45,614 bases of DNA, taken from positions 1-45,614 of the forward strand of contig JASEGW010000001.1 of the NCBI GenBank assembly GCA_030017825.1, read 5' to 3'. Every line of letters begins with the position of its first letter. Within the stretch, counting starts at the first letter, position 1. The DNA is from a bacterium. GTDB taxonomy: Bacteria; UBA9089; JAHJRX01. A program made the position numbers and the translations under genes. The notes under the pieces are model-generated. The model saw only the letters and a program-made list of their open reading frames with translations, searched no databases and was not told the origin of the DNA. Of the stretch, positions 1 to 10,500 are shown piece after piece.

Positions 1-16
1 TTCAGCTGGAGGAGCA
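1..16. repeat. Terminal overlap: nt 1-16 are identical to nt 45599-45614 (circular junction or assembly overlap)
   Basis: TTCAGCTGGAGGAGCA is present at both window ends, and an ORF is in frame across it. Confidence 0.85.
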
Positions 17-1681
17 GATGGTAAAGCTGTAGGGAGTGCGGTTGCGTGGAACCCAACTGACGTTTGGGTTCCCGACGCTGAATATGACACTCCTAGTTTG
101 GTAGCTATTCTACAGGCTATTATAAATAGATCTGGATGGGCTAGTGGACAAGCTGTTATGGCACTTATTAAGGATCGTGCTTCTCCTGCCAATGCTTGTA
201 GATTTCCAAGGGCTGTTGATCATATTGATTATACGTATGCTGCTAAGTTGATAGTAACGTATACATATACTGGTCCTAGGCATCCTAGAATTGGATCGCT
301 GATGCAGCCGTGGAGAAGAACAAGTGGAAATTACAGAACTGGGCCTACATCTACAGTTCATAGAGTATTACCTCTCGGTAATGGAGTTATGGTTTATTGT
401 GCAGATAAAATCTTTTATATGAGAGCTGTCTCTTCTCCTGAGCCTACATTTGGAATTGTCCCTATTGCTGACTTTGGAATTCCTTCAACTTGGTGTGTAG
501 AAGGCGATGATAAAGAGCACGTCTTTATTAGTTCAGATAAGTGGGTTTGGAGAATCAGAGATGGTGAAAAGCCTGAGAGGCTTGGATATAAAGAGTATAT
601 AGATGCAGTTGGTGGAGTTGGAAATTATACTAAGACATTTTCTTCTACAGTACTAGCAAATGCTGGCAACTGGAATGCAGGTGGAGGATTTGATTGTAAT
701 ACGATAGTTATGGGTCATGGTGATCCTGGTGCGAATGGAGTAACTAATGGCTTTGTTAGGTTTCCAGCAGTGACTATTCCAGCGGGAGCAACTATTACAG
801 CTGCATTTGTTAGATTTACTGCCTATACTGATAAGTCTGGAGTTACCTGTGATCTAAGGTGTCATTTTAATAATGTAGATAATGCAGTTGCACCGACTAA
901 CGCTGCTGAAGGTAATGCATTAGCTTTGACTACTTTTGTCGCTTGGGATAGCGTAGGTGCATGGACTGTTGATTTAAAATATAATACTCCAAGCTTAGTA
1001 ACCATCTTACAGACAATAATTGATAGAGCTGGTTGGAATAGTGGGCAAGCTATTATGGTAGTTATCAAAGATAATGCAAGTAGTGATCTGGCACATAGAG
1101 AGGGTAAAAGCAATGTATATGGGCCGGCTGAACTTCATGTGACGTACACAGTTGAGTCTGGGACATTAGTTATATCCAGAAATCCAAACTTTAATGATTA
1201 TTATATTAGTAATGGCTCTACAACCTACTTGCTTTCTTCACAAGGTTTATCGCAGTGGTTTCAGTATCCTACATCTTTGGTTTGGGAAGACGCTAATAAA
1301 AGGCTGATAGGTCCAATAGCTGCCAGTACAGATTTATCTGCATATATGGCAAGTGACATTTTTGATTTTGGAGTCAGAAGTATTAAGACTGTCACTGCAT
1401 TGGAAATTGGATCAGCTGGGCAAGCGTTAACTGCTAATATTGACTACAAGTATAAAATGACTGAGGCAGCATTTACTTCCAGTAGATTTAAAACTTGTAA
1501 TGCGGACGGAACAGTAGTTCCAATAGTTAGTGGAAATGAATTCAAGTTTAGAGTTAAAGGTGCAGATTATACCAAGTTTGATTTGGATTATTTAACTGTT
1601 AGATATAAATATGTAGATAAACGAATGATAAGAGGTGTATATGCTACGGATGCTAAAGTTTTATCCAGACCAGATCGTTAG
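1..1681 (+). CDS. Large tail structural protein (nozzle / tubular-B position), 3' part of the ORF that starts at 44685 and crosses the junction
   Basis: The frame is open from nt 2 to TAG 1679-1681 and is continuous with 44685..45614 through the 16-nt overlap. It carries the second copy of a ~130-aa duplicated module. It sits after the capsid and adaptor genes. Confidence 0.6.
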   Translation, partial: SAGGADGKAVGSAVAWNPTDVWVPDAEYDTPSLVAILQAIINRSGWASGQAVMALIKDRASPANACRFPRAVDHIDYTYAAKLIVTYTYTGPRHPRIGSLMQPWRRTSGNYRTGPTSTVHRVLPLGNGVMVYCADKIFYMRAVSSPEPTFGIVPIADFGIPSTWCVEGDDKEHVFISSDKWVWRIRDGEKPERLGYKEYIDAVGGVGNYTKTFSSTVLANAGNWNAGGGFDCNTIVMGHGDPGANGVTNGFVRFPAVTIPAGATITAAFVRFTAYTDKSGVTCDLRCHFNNVDNAVAPTNAAEGNALALTTFVAWDSVGAWTVDLKYNTPSLVTILQTIIDRAGWNSGQAIMVVIKDNASSDLAHREGKSNVYGPAELHVTYTVESGTLVISRNPNFNDYYISNGSTTYLLSSQGLSQWFQYPTSLVWEDANKRLIGPIAASTDLSAYMASDIFDFGVRSIKTVTALEIGSAGQALTANIDYKYKMTEAAFTSSRFKTCNADGTVVPIVSGNEFKFRVKGADYTKFDLDYLTVRYKYVDKRMIRGVYATDAKVLSRPDR

Positions 1682-2093
1682 GAATTGGGAGAAGATAGGT
1701 TATGCGATTGAGCAGGCTCTGCCTCCGATTGTTGATAGTCATAAGGCAGAGGGTAGGATGAATAGGATATTAGAGTCTATCTTAGCTGGGAAGATAGAAG
1801 TTCATGTCTTTGTAGTTTACACTGATGAGCGTCCTACTGTTTATGGCATTGTATCTACAGCGATAACAAACGCAGTTGACAGTGATAATAAGGAATTGTT
1901 GATCTATTCCCTCTATGCAAGTCATTCGTTAAATAGAGAGCTTATTTTTGAGGGTCTTGAGTTGATTAAAAAATATGCAAGATCGCAAGAATGTGCAGCT
2001 ATCTCTGGTTATACTAATATTGCAGGGTTAAAGAGACTTATTGAAAATGCAGGTGGAAGCTCAAGTTTCACTTATTTGCGACTGGAGGTTTAA
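1641..2093 (+). CDS. Hypothetical protein in the virion module
   Basis: Track ORF 1635..2093. ATG 1641 is preceded by AAGAGG. No motif recognised. Confidence 0.5.
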   Translation: MLRMLKFYPDQIVRNWEKIGYAIEQALPPIVDSHKAEGRMNRILESILAGKIEVHVFVVYTDERPTVYGIVSTAITNAVDSDNKELLIYSLYASHSLNRELIFEGLELIKKYARSQECAAISGYTNIAGLKRLIENAGGSSSFTYLRLEV

Positions 2094-2100
2094 AACAAAC

Positions 2101-2982
2101 ATGAAAATTTATAAGAGGGTCGTTTTCAACCTGCGAAGGGAGGTTATTGAAGAGGATAGTTATGAATATATAGGGCCTATAGTAGAATGTGGAAGTGGTG
2201 GTGGTGGTTCTTCTGGAAAATCTGACTGGCCAGAGTATATGAAAACGAAGCATGGATCTTGGTTGAGTGAGATGGATACACTTATACCAGCAACCAATCC
2301 ATTTCTTGGAGTAGTTGCATATAATCCAGCAACAGTTATTACGGCTCTAGCTACAAGTCTTTCCAATTTTGTAGCTTTCTACACTTCTATAGGTAATACT
2401 CTAACAACATTCAAAGCTATGTGGAGTGGATGGGTTACTACTGTCACTGGTGGAATAACAAGTGCTCTTACTACCGCATTAGAAATTAGTGGAATTCCAG
2501 AGTTTGAGGCTGGAATGAGAGATATAAATGCTGTGCAGACGAGTTCATTTGTTCTTGGCAAATCTATGTTGTATGCTAGGGTTGGACTTGAAGCAGCCAA
2601 ACTTGCTCTTATGAATACAAACCAAGCTGTGGACTTAACTATGAGATATGGAGAGACACTTCGTGGCCAACTCGCTGCTCAAATGGATTATTCAAAGATT
2701 GTTATAATTGCTTATAAAGAGCAGCTGGAGAAGCAAATAGATATAGATGCTGAAGAGGCTAAGTGGCCGTTCTTTGAGTTTAGAGAAGCTGGAGCCCTAC
2801 TTGGTTCTATAGGTGGTTCAGCTGCAATGCAAGGGGCAGGTAAACCAAATCCTATGGCTAGTGCTCTTGGCGGAGCCATGGCTGGTGCAGCAACTGGCGC
2901 TGCTGTTACAGCCGGTAACCCTCTTGGAGCTTTAGCTGGTGCAGTAATAGGTGGAGTTGGCGGATTTCTATCTGCACAATAA
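2101..2982 (+). CDS. Internal virion protein candidate (T7 gp14 position) with a Gly/Ala-rich hydrophobic C-terminus
   Basis: ATG 2101 lies after GGAGG. It has a GSGGGGSSG linker and a C-terminal GGAMAGAATGAAVTAGNPLGALAGAVIGGVGGF segment. It precedes two larger core-like ORFs. Confidence 0.5.
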   Translation: MKIYKRVVFNLRREVIEEDSYEYIGPIVECGSGGGGSSGKSDWPEYMKTKHGSWLSEMDTLIPATNPFLGVVAYNPATVITALATSLSNFVAFYTSIGNTLTTFKAMWSGWVTTVTGGITSALTTALEISGIPEFEAGMRDINAVQTSSFVLGKSMLYARVGLEAAKLALMNTNQAVDLTMRYGETLRGQLAAQMDYSKIVIIAYKEQLEKQIDIDAEEAKWPFFEFREAGALLGSIGGSAAMQGAGKPNPMASALGGAMAGAATGAAVTAGNPLGALAGAVIGGVGGFLSAQ

Positions 2983-2990
2983 TTTTTTAC

Positions 2991-3014
2991 CTTTGTTCAA
3001 AATTTTAAACAAAG
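2991..3014. repeat. Palindromic intergenic motif, copy 1 (CTTTGTTCAAAATTTTAAACAAAG)
   Basis: Read directly. The core 2994-3011 ends 18 nt before ATG 3030, with only GGAGG between. Confidence 0.9.
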
Positions 3015-3029
3015 TTATGGAGGAATGAA

Positions 3030-4568
3030 ATGCCTTATTTAGATTATGGTGGTGGTAGTTTAGAAGATGTATTGATGAGGAGGCTGGGAAGTGGAGGTCA
3101 GATGTTTACGCCTACTGGTGAAAGCCCTCCAGCACTTAGACAATTTGGTGAGATGTGGGAACCTGGTAAATCTATCATATCCCTTCCACCACCGGCTGCA
3201 GCATTAGGAGCAGCTGCTCCTGGTGGCGCTATGAAAATGTTTCAAAATCTTAGTCCATATATGCTGCAAATGGGTACTGCTTTAATGAGGGGAAGAGATC
3301 CTATGACTGGTGCCCCGACTGAGACAGTTGGAAGTCAGCTTGGTGGAATTGCATCAAAGGCTTTTGAAAGTCAAAGACTTAATGAAGCACTTCGTAAAAT
3401 GATAGCTTCACAGTTGAGTGGAGGTGGAAGTTTTAGTGAAGGCCAGCAAGTGGGATTATCCGGTGCTGATGTTGCTGGCCTTACTCCTGAACAGATTTCA
3501 GGATTATATGGCACTGGTTTACAATTAAGAGCTGCTGAACGTAAGGCTCCACTTGAGGCACTTGCAGTTATTTCTGAAGCATACTCAAAGATTATGAGTG
3601 GAGAGGCGAAGCCTGCTGAGATGGAGGCTCATCTTATGACTGCTGAGAAAGCACGTCAAGCTCTTCGTGATGCGCCTATTAAGTATGAAAATGAGCTATT
3701 TTTTAAGGTTGAGGCTTTGAAGAAGGCTGATGCTGAGATTGATGAGATTAGGCAAAGAACTAAAGCTAGTAAGGCTGCAGTTGAAGAAATTCCAATAGAG
3801 AGGAAGAAAAAGAAAGCAGAAACTGAAAAGATTGAGCAGGAAACTGAAGCAATTAAAGCCAAACTTGATCCTCAGCAGACTAGACTTCTTAAGTTTGCAG
3901 AAACTATTGGGTGGAAGGCAGTAGATGCAGGAAATGTCATTGAACTTCGTGATCAGGCTACTGGTGCTTTAATGACTACTTTACAAGTTGGTCCTAAACC
4001 TGAAGTTGCAGCTGAGGGTGAGAGAAGGAAGTTAAAATATACTGAAGAAGTATATAGTATAGTTGCACCTCGTTTGGTTCCAGTTTTAGAAGAACAATAT
4101 AAAGCAGCAGGAAAAGGAAGACAGGTTGAACTGAATCAGCTGCTTTCTATGTTACGCTCATACACAACTGGTAAAATAGATGCTGGCACTTTAATGTCAA
4201 AACTAAGTTCTGAGAATCAAAGTTTATTTGAGAAATTGGTAAATATTAGGATTAAAAATCCAGAACTGTCTGAACCTGAATTTGGAGGAATTGTCCGATC
4301 TCTTCTTGGTACTAAATCTGTTACACCAACTGAGTTAGTTCCGCCGCCTAAAGATAGAATAGAAACTCTTAAAGAGAGGATGAAGATAGGCGCAACTATT
4401 AGAGTTCCAACAGATGAAGAAATCACTGCTCAGTTGAAGGGGAAACCTCCTCAAGTATATGAATCACAACACTTTAGAGTCAAGTGGGACGGAATCAAAG
4501 GTATTATTACACGTAAACCACTGCCTACTACTGGGGTGCCTTCTGAATTATATCGTGGAACACCATAG
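3030..4568 (+). CDS. Internal virion/core protein candidate (gp15 position), coiled-coil rich
   Basis: GGAGG lies 7 nt upstream. The product is 512 aa with a K/E/A-rich central region. The call rests on synteny. Confidence 0.5.
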   Translation: MPYLDYGGGSLEDVLMRRLGSGGQMFTPTGESPPALRQFGEMWEPGKSIISLPPPAAALGAAAPGGAMKMFQNLSPYMLQMGTALMRGRDPMTGAPTETVGSQLGGIASKAFESQRLNEALRKMIASQLSGGGSFSEGQQVGLSGADVAGLTPEQISGLYGTGLQLRAAERKAPLEALAVISEAYSKIMSGEAKPAEMEAHLMTAEKARQALRDAPIKYENELFFKVEALKKADAEIDEIRQRTKASKAAVEEIPIERKKKKAETEKIEQETEAIKAKLDPQQTRLLKFAETIGWKAVDAGNVIELRDQATGALMTTLQVGPKPEVAAEGERRKLKYTEEVYSIVAPRLVPVLEEQYKAAGKGRQVELNQLLSMLRSYTTGKIDAGTLMSKLSSENQSLFEKLVNIRIKNPELSEPEFGGIVRSLLGTKSVTPTELVPPPKDRIETLKERMKIGATIRVPTDEEITAQLKGKPPQVYESQHFRVKWDGIKGIITRKPLPTTGVPSELYRGTP

Positions 4569-4576
4569 GAGATAAC

Positions 4577-7500
4577 ATGACTGAAGAAATTTTTATTCCA
4601 GTAGAAGAAAAGATGGGTAGAGCACCTGAGTTTATTCAGGGAGGAACTGAATCATTTGTACCTGTTGGGCCACTAAAATCAGCTGATATGCTTGATTATT
4701 TAAAAGAGCCAGTTGAGTGGGTTAAGTCTGGACTGGGTGGACTTGCAAGAGGAATGGGAGCTGTTTTTAAGACTGCAGCAGTTTTAATTCCAGGTGCTGA
4801 AGAAATTTTAAAGCCTAATATCACTGCACTTGAAGAAGCTACTGAATGGTGGGAACCTAAGGAAACTGCACCTGGACAGGTTAGTAAATGGGTTCGTAGT
4901 GCAGCACATTCTATAGGGCAATCTACTACAACTGGAATTATTGGAGCAGGTGTAGCTTATTCTGCTGGACTTATTGGACTTCCTGCTATGATTATTGGTG
5001 CTATTCTTTCAAAAGGCGGATTTTTTGGTGGAGCTGATTGGTATGATCTGACTAAAGATATTGAGAAGGCTGCTATAAATGCTGGTGCTACACCTGAAGA
5101 AATTAGGATCTTGCAGAGTGAATTTGCAGCATGGAAAGCAGCTCATGCAGCTGCTGAGGTGGTTGGTGAGATTGGGCCTGATTTAATTACAGCAAGGGTT
5201 ATTGGGCTGACAGGAAGCCCTCTTATTCGAGAACCAATTAAGCGCAGTATTATGTCTGTCTTTGGCGTATTCGCTAAAAAAATGGGCTGGGCTCAACTTG
5301 CTGAAGGTACTGGTGAACAGTTTACAACTGCAGTTCAATATAGAGCGACTGAAAAGATTGGTTTACCACAACCTTCATACTGGGATCAAGTTATTGATAC
5401 TGGTGCTGTTACTGCAATACAGACTGGATTTATGGCTGGCGTTGGTATTTCTGTAGCCAACCGTACTCGTGGTAGAAGTGTTGAAGCCTTTAAAAAAGAG
5501 ATGAAGCTGGAAATGTCAGCTAAGTTGGTTAAAGATGGAGTTGACAAGGATACAGCTGATACGATAGCTGATACAATTATAAAGAAGGCAACTAAGTCTG
5601 ATTTAGTTGATGCTGCTATTGCTGAACTTGAAAGTAGAGAGAAGGCTAAGAAAGCAACGAAGAAAGAGCGTGCTGTCAAGAAGGAGGAGAAGAAGGAGAA
5701 AGTAGTTGAAAAAGCAAGAGAAACAATTAATATAATAATGGCTCCTGAAGCTGTGACTAAGGAAGAATTTGTTGAAGTTAAAGAAGAGAAGCCAACAGCT
5801 CGTGAAGAAAAGCTTGCTAAATTAACAGCTGAAAGGAAAACTTATCTTGATAGTCTTGTAGAACAAGTTAAGGGTTTGGAAATAGCTGGGAGAATCAGAG
5901 TTGAGGAGCTATCAACAGATGAACAGCAATACCTTATAAGTAAGGGAGTTACATTTGATACTGATAGGATGGGCAAGCCTACTATTGGATATTCTCAAGA
6001 AAGAAGAGTTGAAGATTTAAGAACTAAAGTAAGAACGATTCGTGAAGAAAAACTTGCCAAACTAAAAGGTGAAGCACCAACAGGACTTATGCTTCCGGAA
6101 GCAGAACTTCCAAAGCAAGAAGTTTCATACATACGTCTTGAGCCTTCACTTGAGTCACCTGAAATTCCGAACGTTATTGTAAAAGATCTATCAGGACAGC
6201 CTGTTGTTTTCAATCCTGATATTCATACATTAGCTAATATTGACAAGGCAACTGCTAGACGAGATATTGGAAGCTGGGTACCAGTAGCAAAAGTTGAAAC
6301 AACTCGTGAAAGACGTATACGTATACTTAGAGAGGCTGGACGTCTACCTAAACCTACAGTAGAGGAAGTTACAGTACCAGGAGAGCGTGGTCCTCAAATT
6401 GAAGCTATCGCTGCTATTAAAAAGATGTTGCCTGGCTTCATTGAGCATGTTGCTGCTATGTCTAAGAAAGGCTGGAATATTGAGGACTTTGTGAATGATC
6501 CAGATGTTAGAGCAGACTTGGAGGAGATTGGTGTTCCTGAAGATCGATATTATGACCTGATTTTGGATGTTAAGGAAGAGTCAGGTGCTATGACATCTGT
6601 TGATATTCTTGATAAGCAGATCAGAGATGAACAGAGAAGATTGGATGAGGATTTCGCTGCCATTGATAAAATGAAAGATGAGGAAGCAATGCAGCGCTTT
6701 CCTGTTGAAGTTGATAATTATTATGATGCTGATCAAAAAAGATGGGTTCAGCTTGAAAAAGAAAACATAGCTGAAAATATTGAGCAGCAGTTTGTTAATC
6801 CTCCTCCAACTCTTGAGGAAGTACCTATTGTTGTTGAAGTATCTAAGGAGAAAAAGAAGGCATTTTCGTTAAAGGTAACTTCAAATACAGTTTGGTATCT
6901 TCCTGAAACTGAAGCTATGGCACAGCTTGATGCACTCAAGAGAGTGAAAATGGATTGGAACTCAGATATTGATACAATCCTCCACGCCCTTGGAATTCAT
7001 ACTACAGCTGCCTATCACACAAGTGGAACCGTTCCATTTGAAGCGCTTGGGAAGCTTAGAGATAACCTTGATTATTTTAAGAAGAATATGTCAAATGCAG
7101 AGTTTGCAAAAGTTGAAAATACTGTTGATAGCCTTCGTAAATATATGATAGCTGTCTCAGACACTATTAAAGCCACTGAACCTACGATAAGCGAAAAAGC
7201 TCCAATTAGACTGTCAGATATGGAAAAGTATAATTCTGCTGTTAAAAAAGTAATTGCTGAGGAACTGGTCAGATTAGTAAGTGCTGGAGGTAATGCAAAC
7301 TCTTTAATTAACTTCATTCTTGAGCGGAGAGAAAGGTTTACTGGATCACAAGCTGCTCTCGCTGAATTTTACAGTTCTCCCCATATTAGGCGGTATCTGG
7401 AGAAAGTTACTATGGCACTTGGCACTGGCTTCTATAAGTCTGGAGCATATTACTTATGGGCTGGTAAGAGTGAGGGAGATGTTGCAGGCCCTGCAGTTGT

Positions 7501-10500
7501 CTTCGAGCCATTCTATGCAGATAGGGGAATGGACTCAGTTGGTGAAGATATACTGCATGAAGTTACTCATGCATTAACTGCAGAACTTTTATATGACTCT
7601 AAAAGTTTTCGTGATAAAGTTTCCCAACTTCGACTTAGAGCTATGGATCAGCTTGGAGAGAATGATAGACGAGTCCTTTTTGGGCTTCAAAATGATGCAA
7701 GTGTATTCCACAGTCTGGGATTTGAAAATTTAGGGTTTTCTCGAGGGTGGGAATATGCATCTATATACTATGGCCTCACCAATGATAGGGAGTTTATTTC
7801 TGAGGTTTTTACATCTCCAGCAATGCAGGAGTTCTTATCTGCAATCCCTGTCGAAACCTCTCAAGAAGGAGTCTTCTCTAGTTTATGGCAGAAGTTTAAA
7901 GAGATTCTATCAGTATCTATTTTTGGAAAGCCTCCATCTGAGAGAGAATCGACACTTCTTGATGAAGCTCTTAAGATTGGGCACGAAGTAATTGAGGCAC
8001 AGGCTGCACATGCTGGTTTAGCATATGAAGGAAGAGAACGAAAAGAAGATGCTGCTACCCCCCGTATTAAATCTATCTCTATTGAAGATACTTTAAAGCA
8101 TCATCCTTTGAAAGGCTCAGGAGTTCATGCAGGCGTTGGAGGCCCACTTCATCAAACCGTACATATAAAAGAATCACCTATTGATGTACCTGTGTTAGCG
8201 ACATATGTAGAATCTCCATTATTTGCACTGCGTGACCACCCAGATGCTCTTAAATTTGCAGAGAGGGCAATTGAGGCATTAGGTATATGGTCATATAATA
8301 GGGGCATTGGACTTATGGAGGTTGATAGAATGGAGAGAAATTTATCTCAACCTGAAAGAGAAGAGGTCACTTCAATTATGAAGGAAATTGAGAATGGGGA
8401 AGTTATTGACCTCGACAAACTTGACCCCAAGATTAAACAGGGTGTTATTGATCTTCGTAAATTTCTTGACCTTTATAAAGAGAAGCACAAAAAATTTCTT
8501 AGGGAGTCATTAGTACTGGGTGCTAATTCAACTGAAGCTCGGATTCTTGCAGATGTCCTTATTGGTGGTAATAATGTTATTGATGCTACTAAGAAGTGGA
8601 ATAGATATGCTCGTGACTATAATTTAACAAGTCAAGATGAAAGTAGGATGGCTACCACTACTTATGCAAACGTGCTTGAATTACTTAAAGAGTGGAAGGA
8701 AATCGAAAACTTTGGTATCAAAGATTACATTACCCATGCAATGAGGGGATCAATCGCATTATTTGACTCAGAAGGTAGAGTTGTATCATTTGCTCAGACT
8801 AAGAAGAAAGCAGTTGATGAGGCGCTGAGATATTTACAGCAGAATCCAACTATTGACTCTCTAACAGTTGACACTACTTACCGTCTTGATAAAGACTTTC
8901 AAACACTTGTTTCTCAAAAGTATTATAGGGTAATGAAGAGCAAGATTGCTAAAATCATTGATCAGCATACTAAGGATATAGATAAAGATCTTGCTGAAAG
9001 ACTAAAGGCTGTATTGCCAGGCAGAGGTATTGCAATCAAACCTCAAAAAGTTTGGTCTCAGTTTTTACAGGAACGTGAAGAAGTACTGCCTGGAGAGAAA
9101 GACATATTTGATATTCTCCCTTTATACGTTCATAGTATAGAGAAGAAGCACGCTATTGATCCTTACATTATTCAGTTAAGAGATCATCTATCCGACTTTA
9201 ATGATAGACCAAATGTTAAAAAGATGTTGGAAGATCAGTTAGAAGCGATTAGAGGTCAATATAGTGTTGGTGATGCAATAGTCGATGATCTAATGAAGAA
9301 GTTTGGATTTGAAACATCTTTTGCTTATGCTCGAGGTACTGGTGCTGCTCGTGTCTTGATTACTAATTTAAAGTTAGGATATAGGCCAGTTGCTGCTTTA
9401 ATTAATTTACTATCAGGCATGGGGCATGTCTGGGTCAAAACTAGTGCTAGGTATATGATAGAGGCAAATCGTATGTTGTCGACTAAGGGAGGAGAGGATT
9501 TCATCAAAAAGAACGCAGCCTCACTAGGTACTTCAATAGTTGAAAGTATGGGTGGAGATCTGGAGAATAGGCTGAGATGGTATTCTCCGCTGAAAATATT
9601 TCAAGCACCTGAGCTTCCAAACAGAAAGCTTTCTTTTATGACATCTTACCTATTTGCCAGAGGAGAATTTGGGCATGATGAAGAAACTGCACTTGAATTC
9701 GCTAAGAGATCTGTTGACCTCCAGGAATTTAATTATAGTGTTGCTGCCGTTCCAAAAATTATGAGGGGGCCAACTGGAAGGACAGTATTTCAATTCAAAC
9801 CCTACCTTGTAAAAGAGATTGAGTTTATTCGTGGTTTGAAGGGAGCAAATCAGTGGGCCAAGTATTTGACAATGCAGGCTGTAATTGGTGGACCCAGAGG
9901 TTTAATGGTCACACTTAAGAGCCTTCCCGTAATAGCAGCAATAGGAGGAGTGGGGTGGTTGGATGAGTTAGATACATGGCTTAATAATAATTATCCACGT
10001 CTATCTAGGGGAGTATTTGGATTCTTCGGCATTGATGCTTCAGCTCCTGCTGCATTTCAGTTTCCTGAAAAAGCTGCAGATTGGGCAGGTGTTTTAATAT
10101 CTGATATTGTCAGGTTTGGAAAGGATGTAGTTCAGCCATTTATAGATGGAGAAAGCTATATTTGGGAGGATATTAAGAAATATACTAAAGGTACTATTCC
10201 AATATGGAGGCTCTGGTGTGACGCCTTCAATGGTATAATGAGTGAAGATGGTTGGATTCTTGACGATAAAGGAGATAATAAATATAAAGTGGAAGACTGG
10301 ACTGATATTCTTAAGATGGTTGGCGGCTTCAAACCTCTAAAAGCATCTGTACAGGAGCTTGAAGTCAGAATGGCAGAAGAGTTAGAGAAAAGGGAAAGAA
10401 AGCAAGCTAATAAGATTGTTGAGCAGATTGTGAAGCGGAGTAGAATGATTGATGTAGAAATTGTTACTGATGAATTAATTGAAGAAGTTGGTACTCATGC

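Noticed and set aside
749-1150. Possible diversity-generating retroelement (template and variable repeat pair) suggested by the two paralogous modules in the nozzle gene.
   Set aside because: No reverse transcriptase or accessory gene is present anywhere in the genome. The two copies differ at all base types rather than only at adenines. Both are in-frame parts of one protein.
2994-3011. The palindrome as an ordinary sigma70 promoter, or as a stand-alone intrinsic terminator.
   Set aside because: Except at copy 9, no -10 hexamer lies 17 nt downstream of its TTG. A transcript starting after such a site would also lack the SD. As RNA it is an almost pure A/U hairpin with no following U-tract at most copies, so by itself it is too weak to be a terminator.
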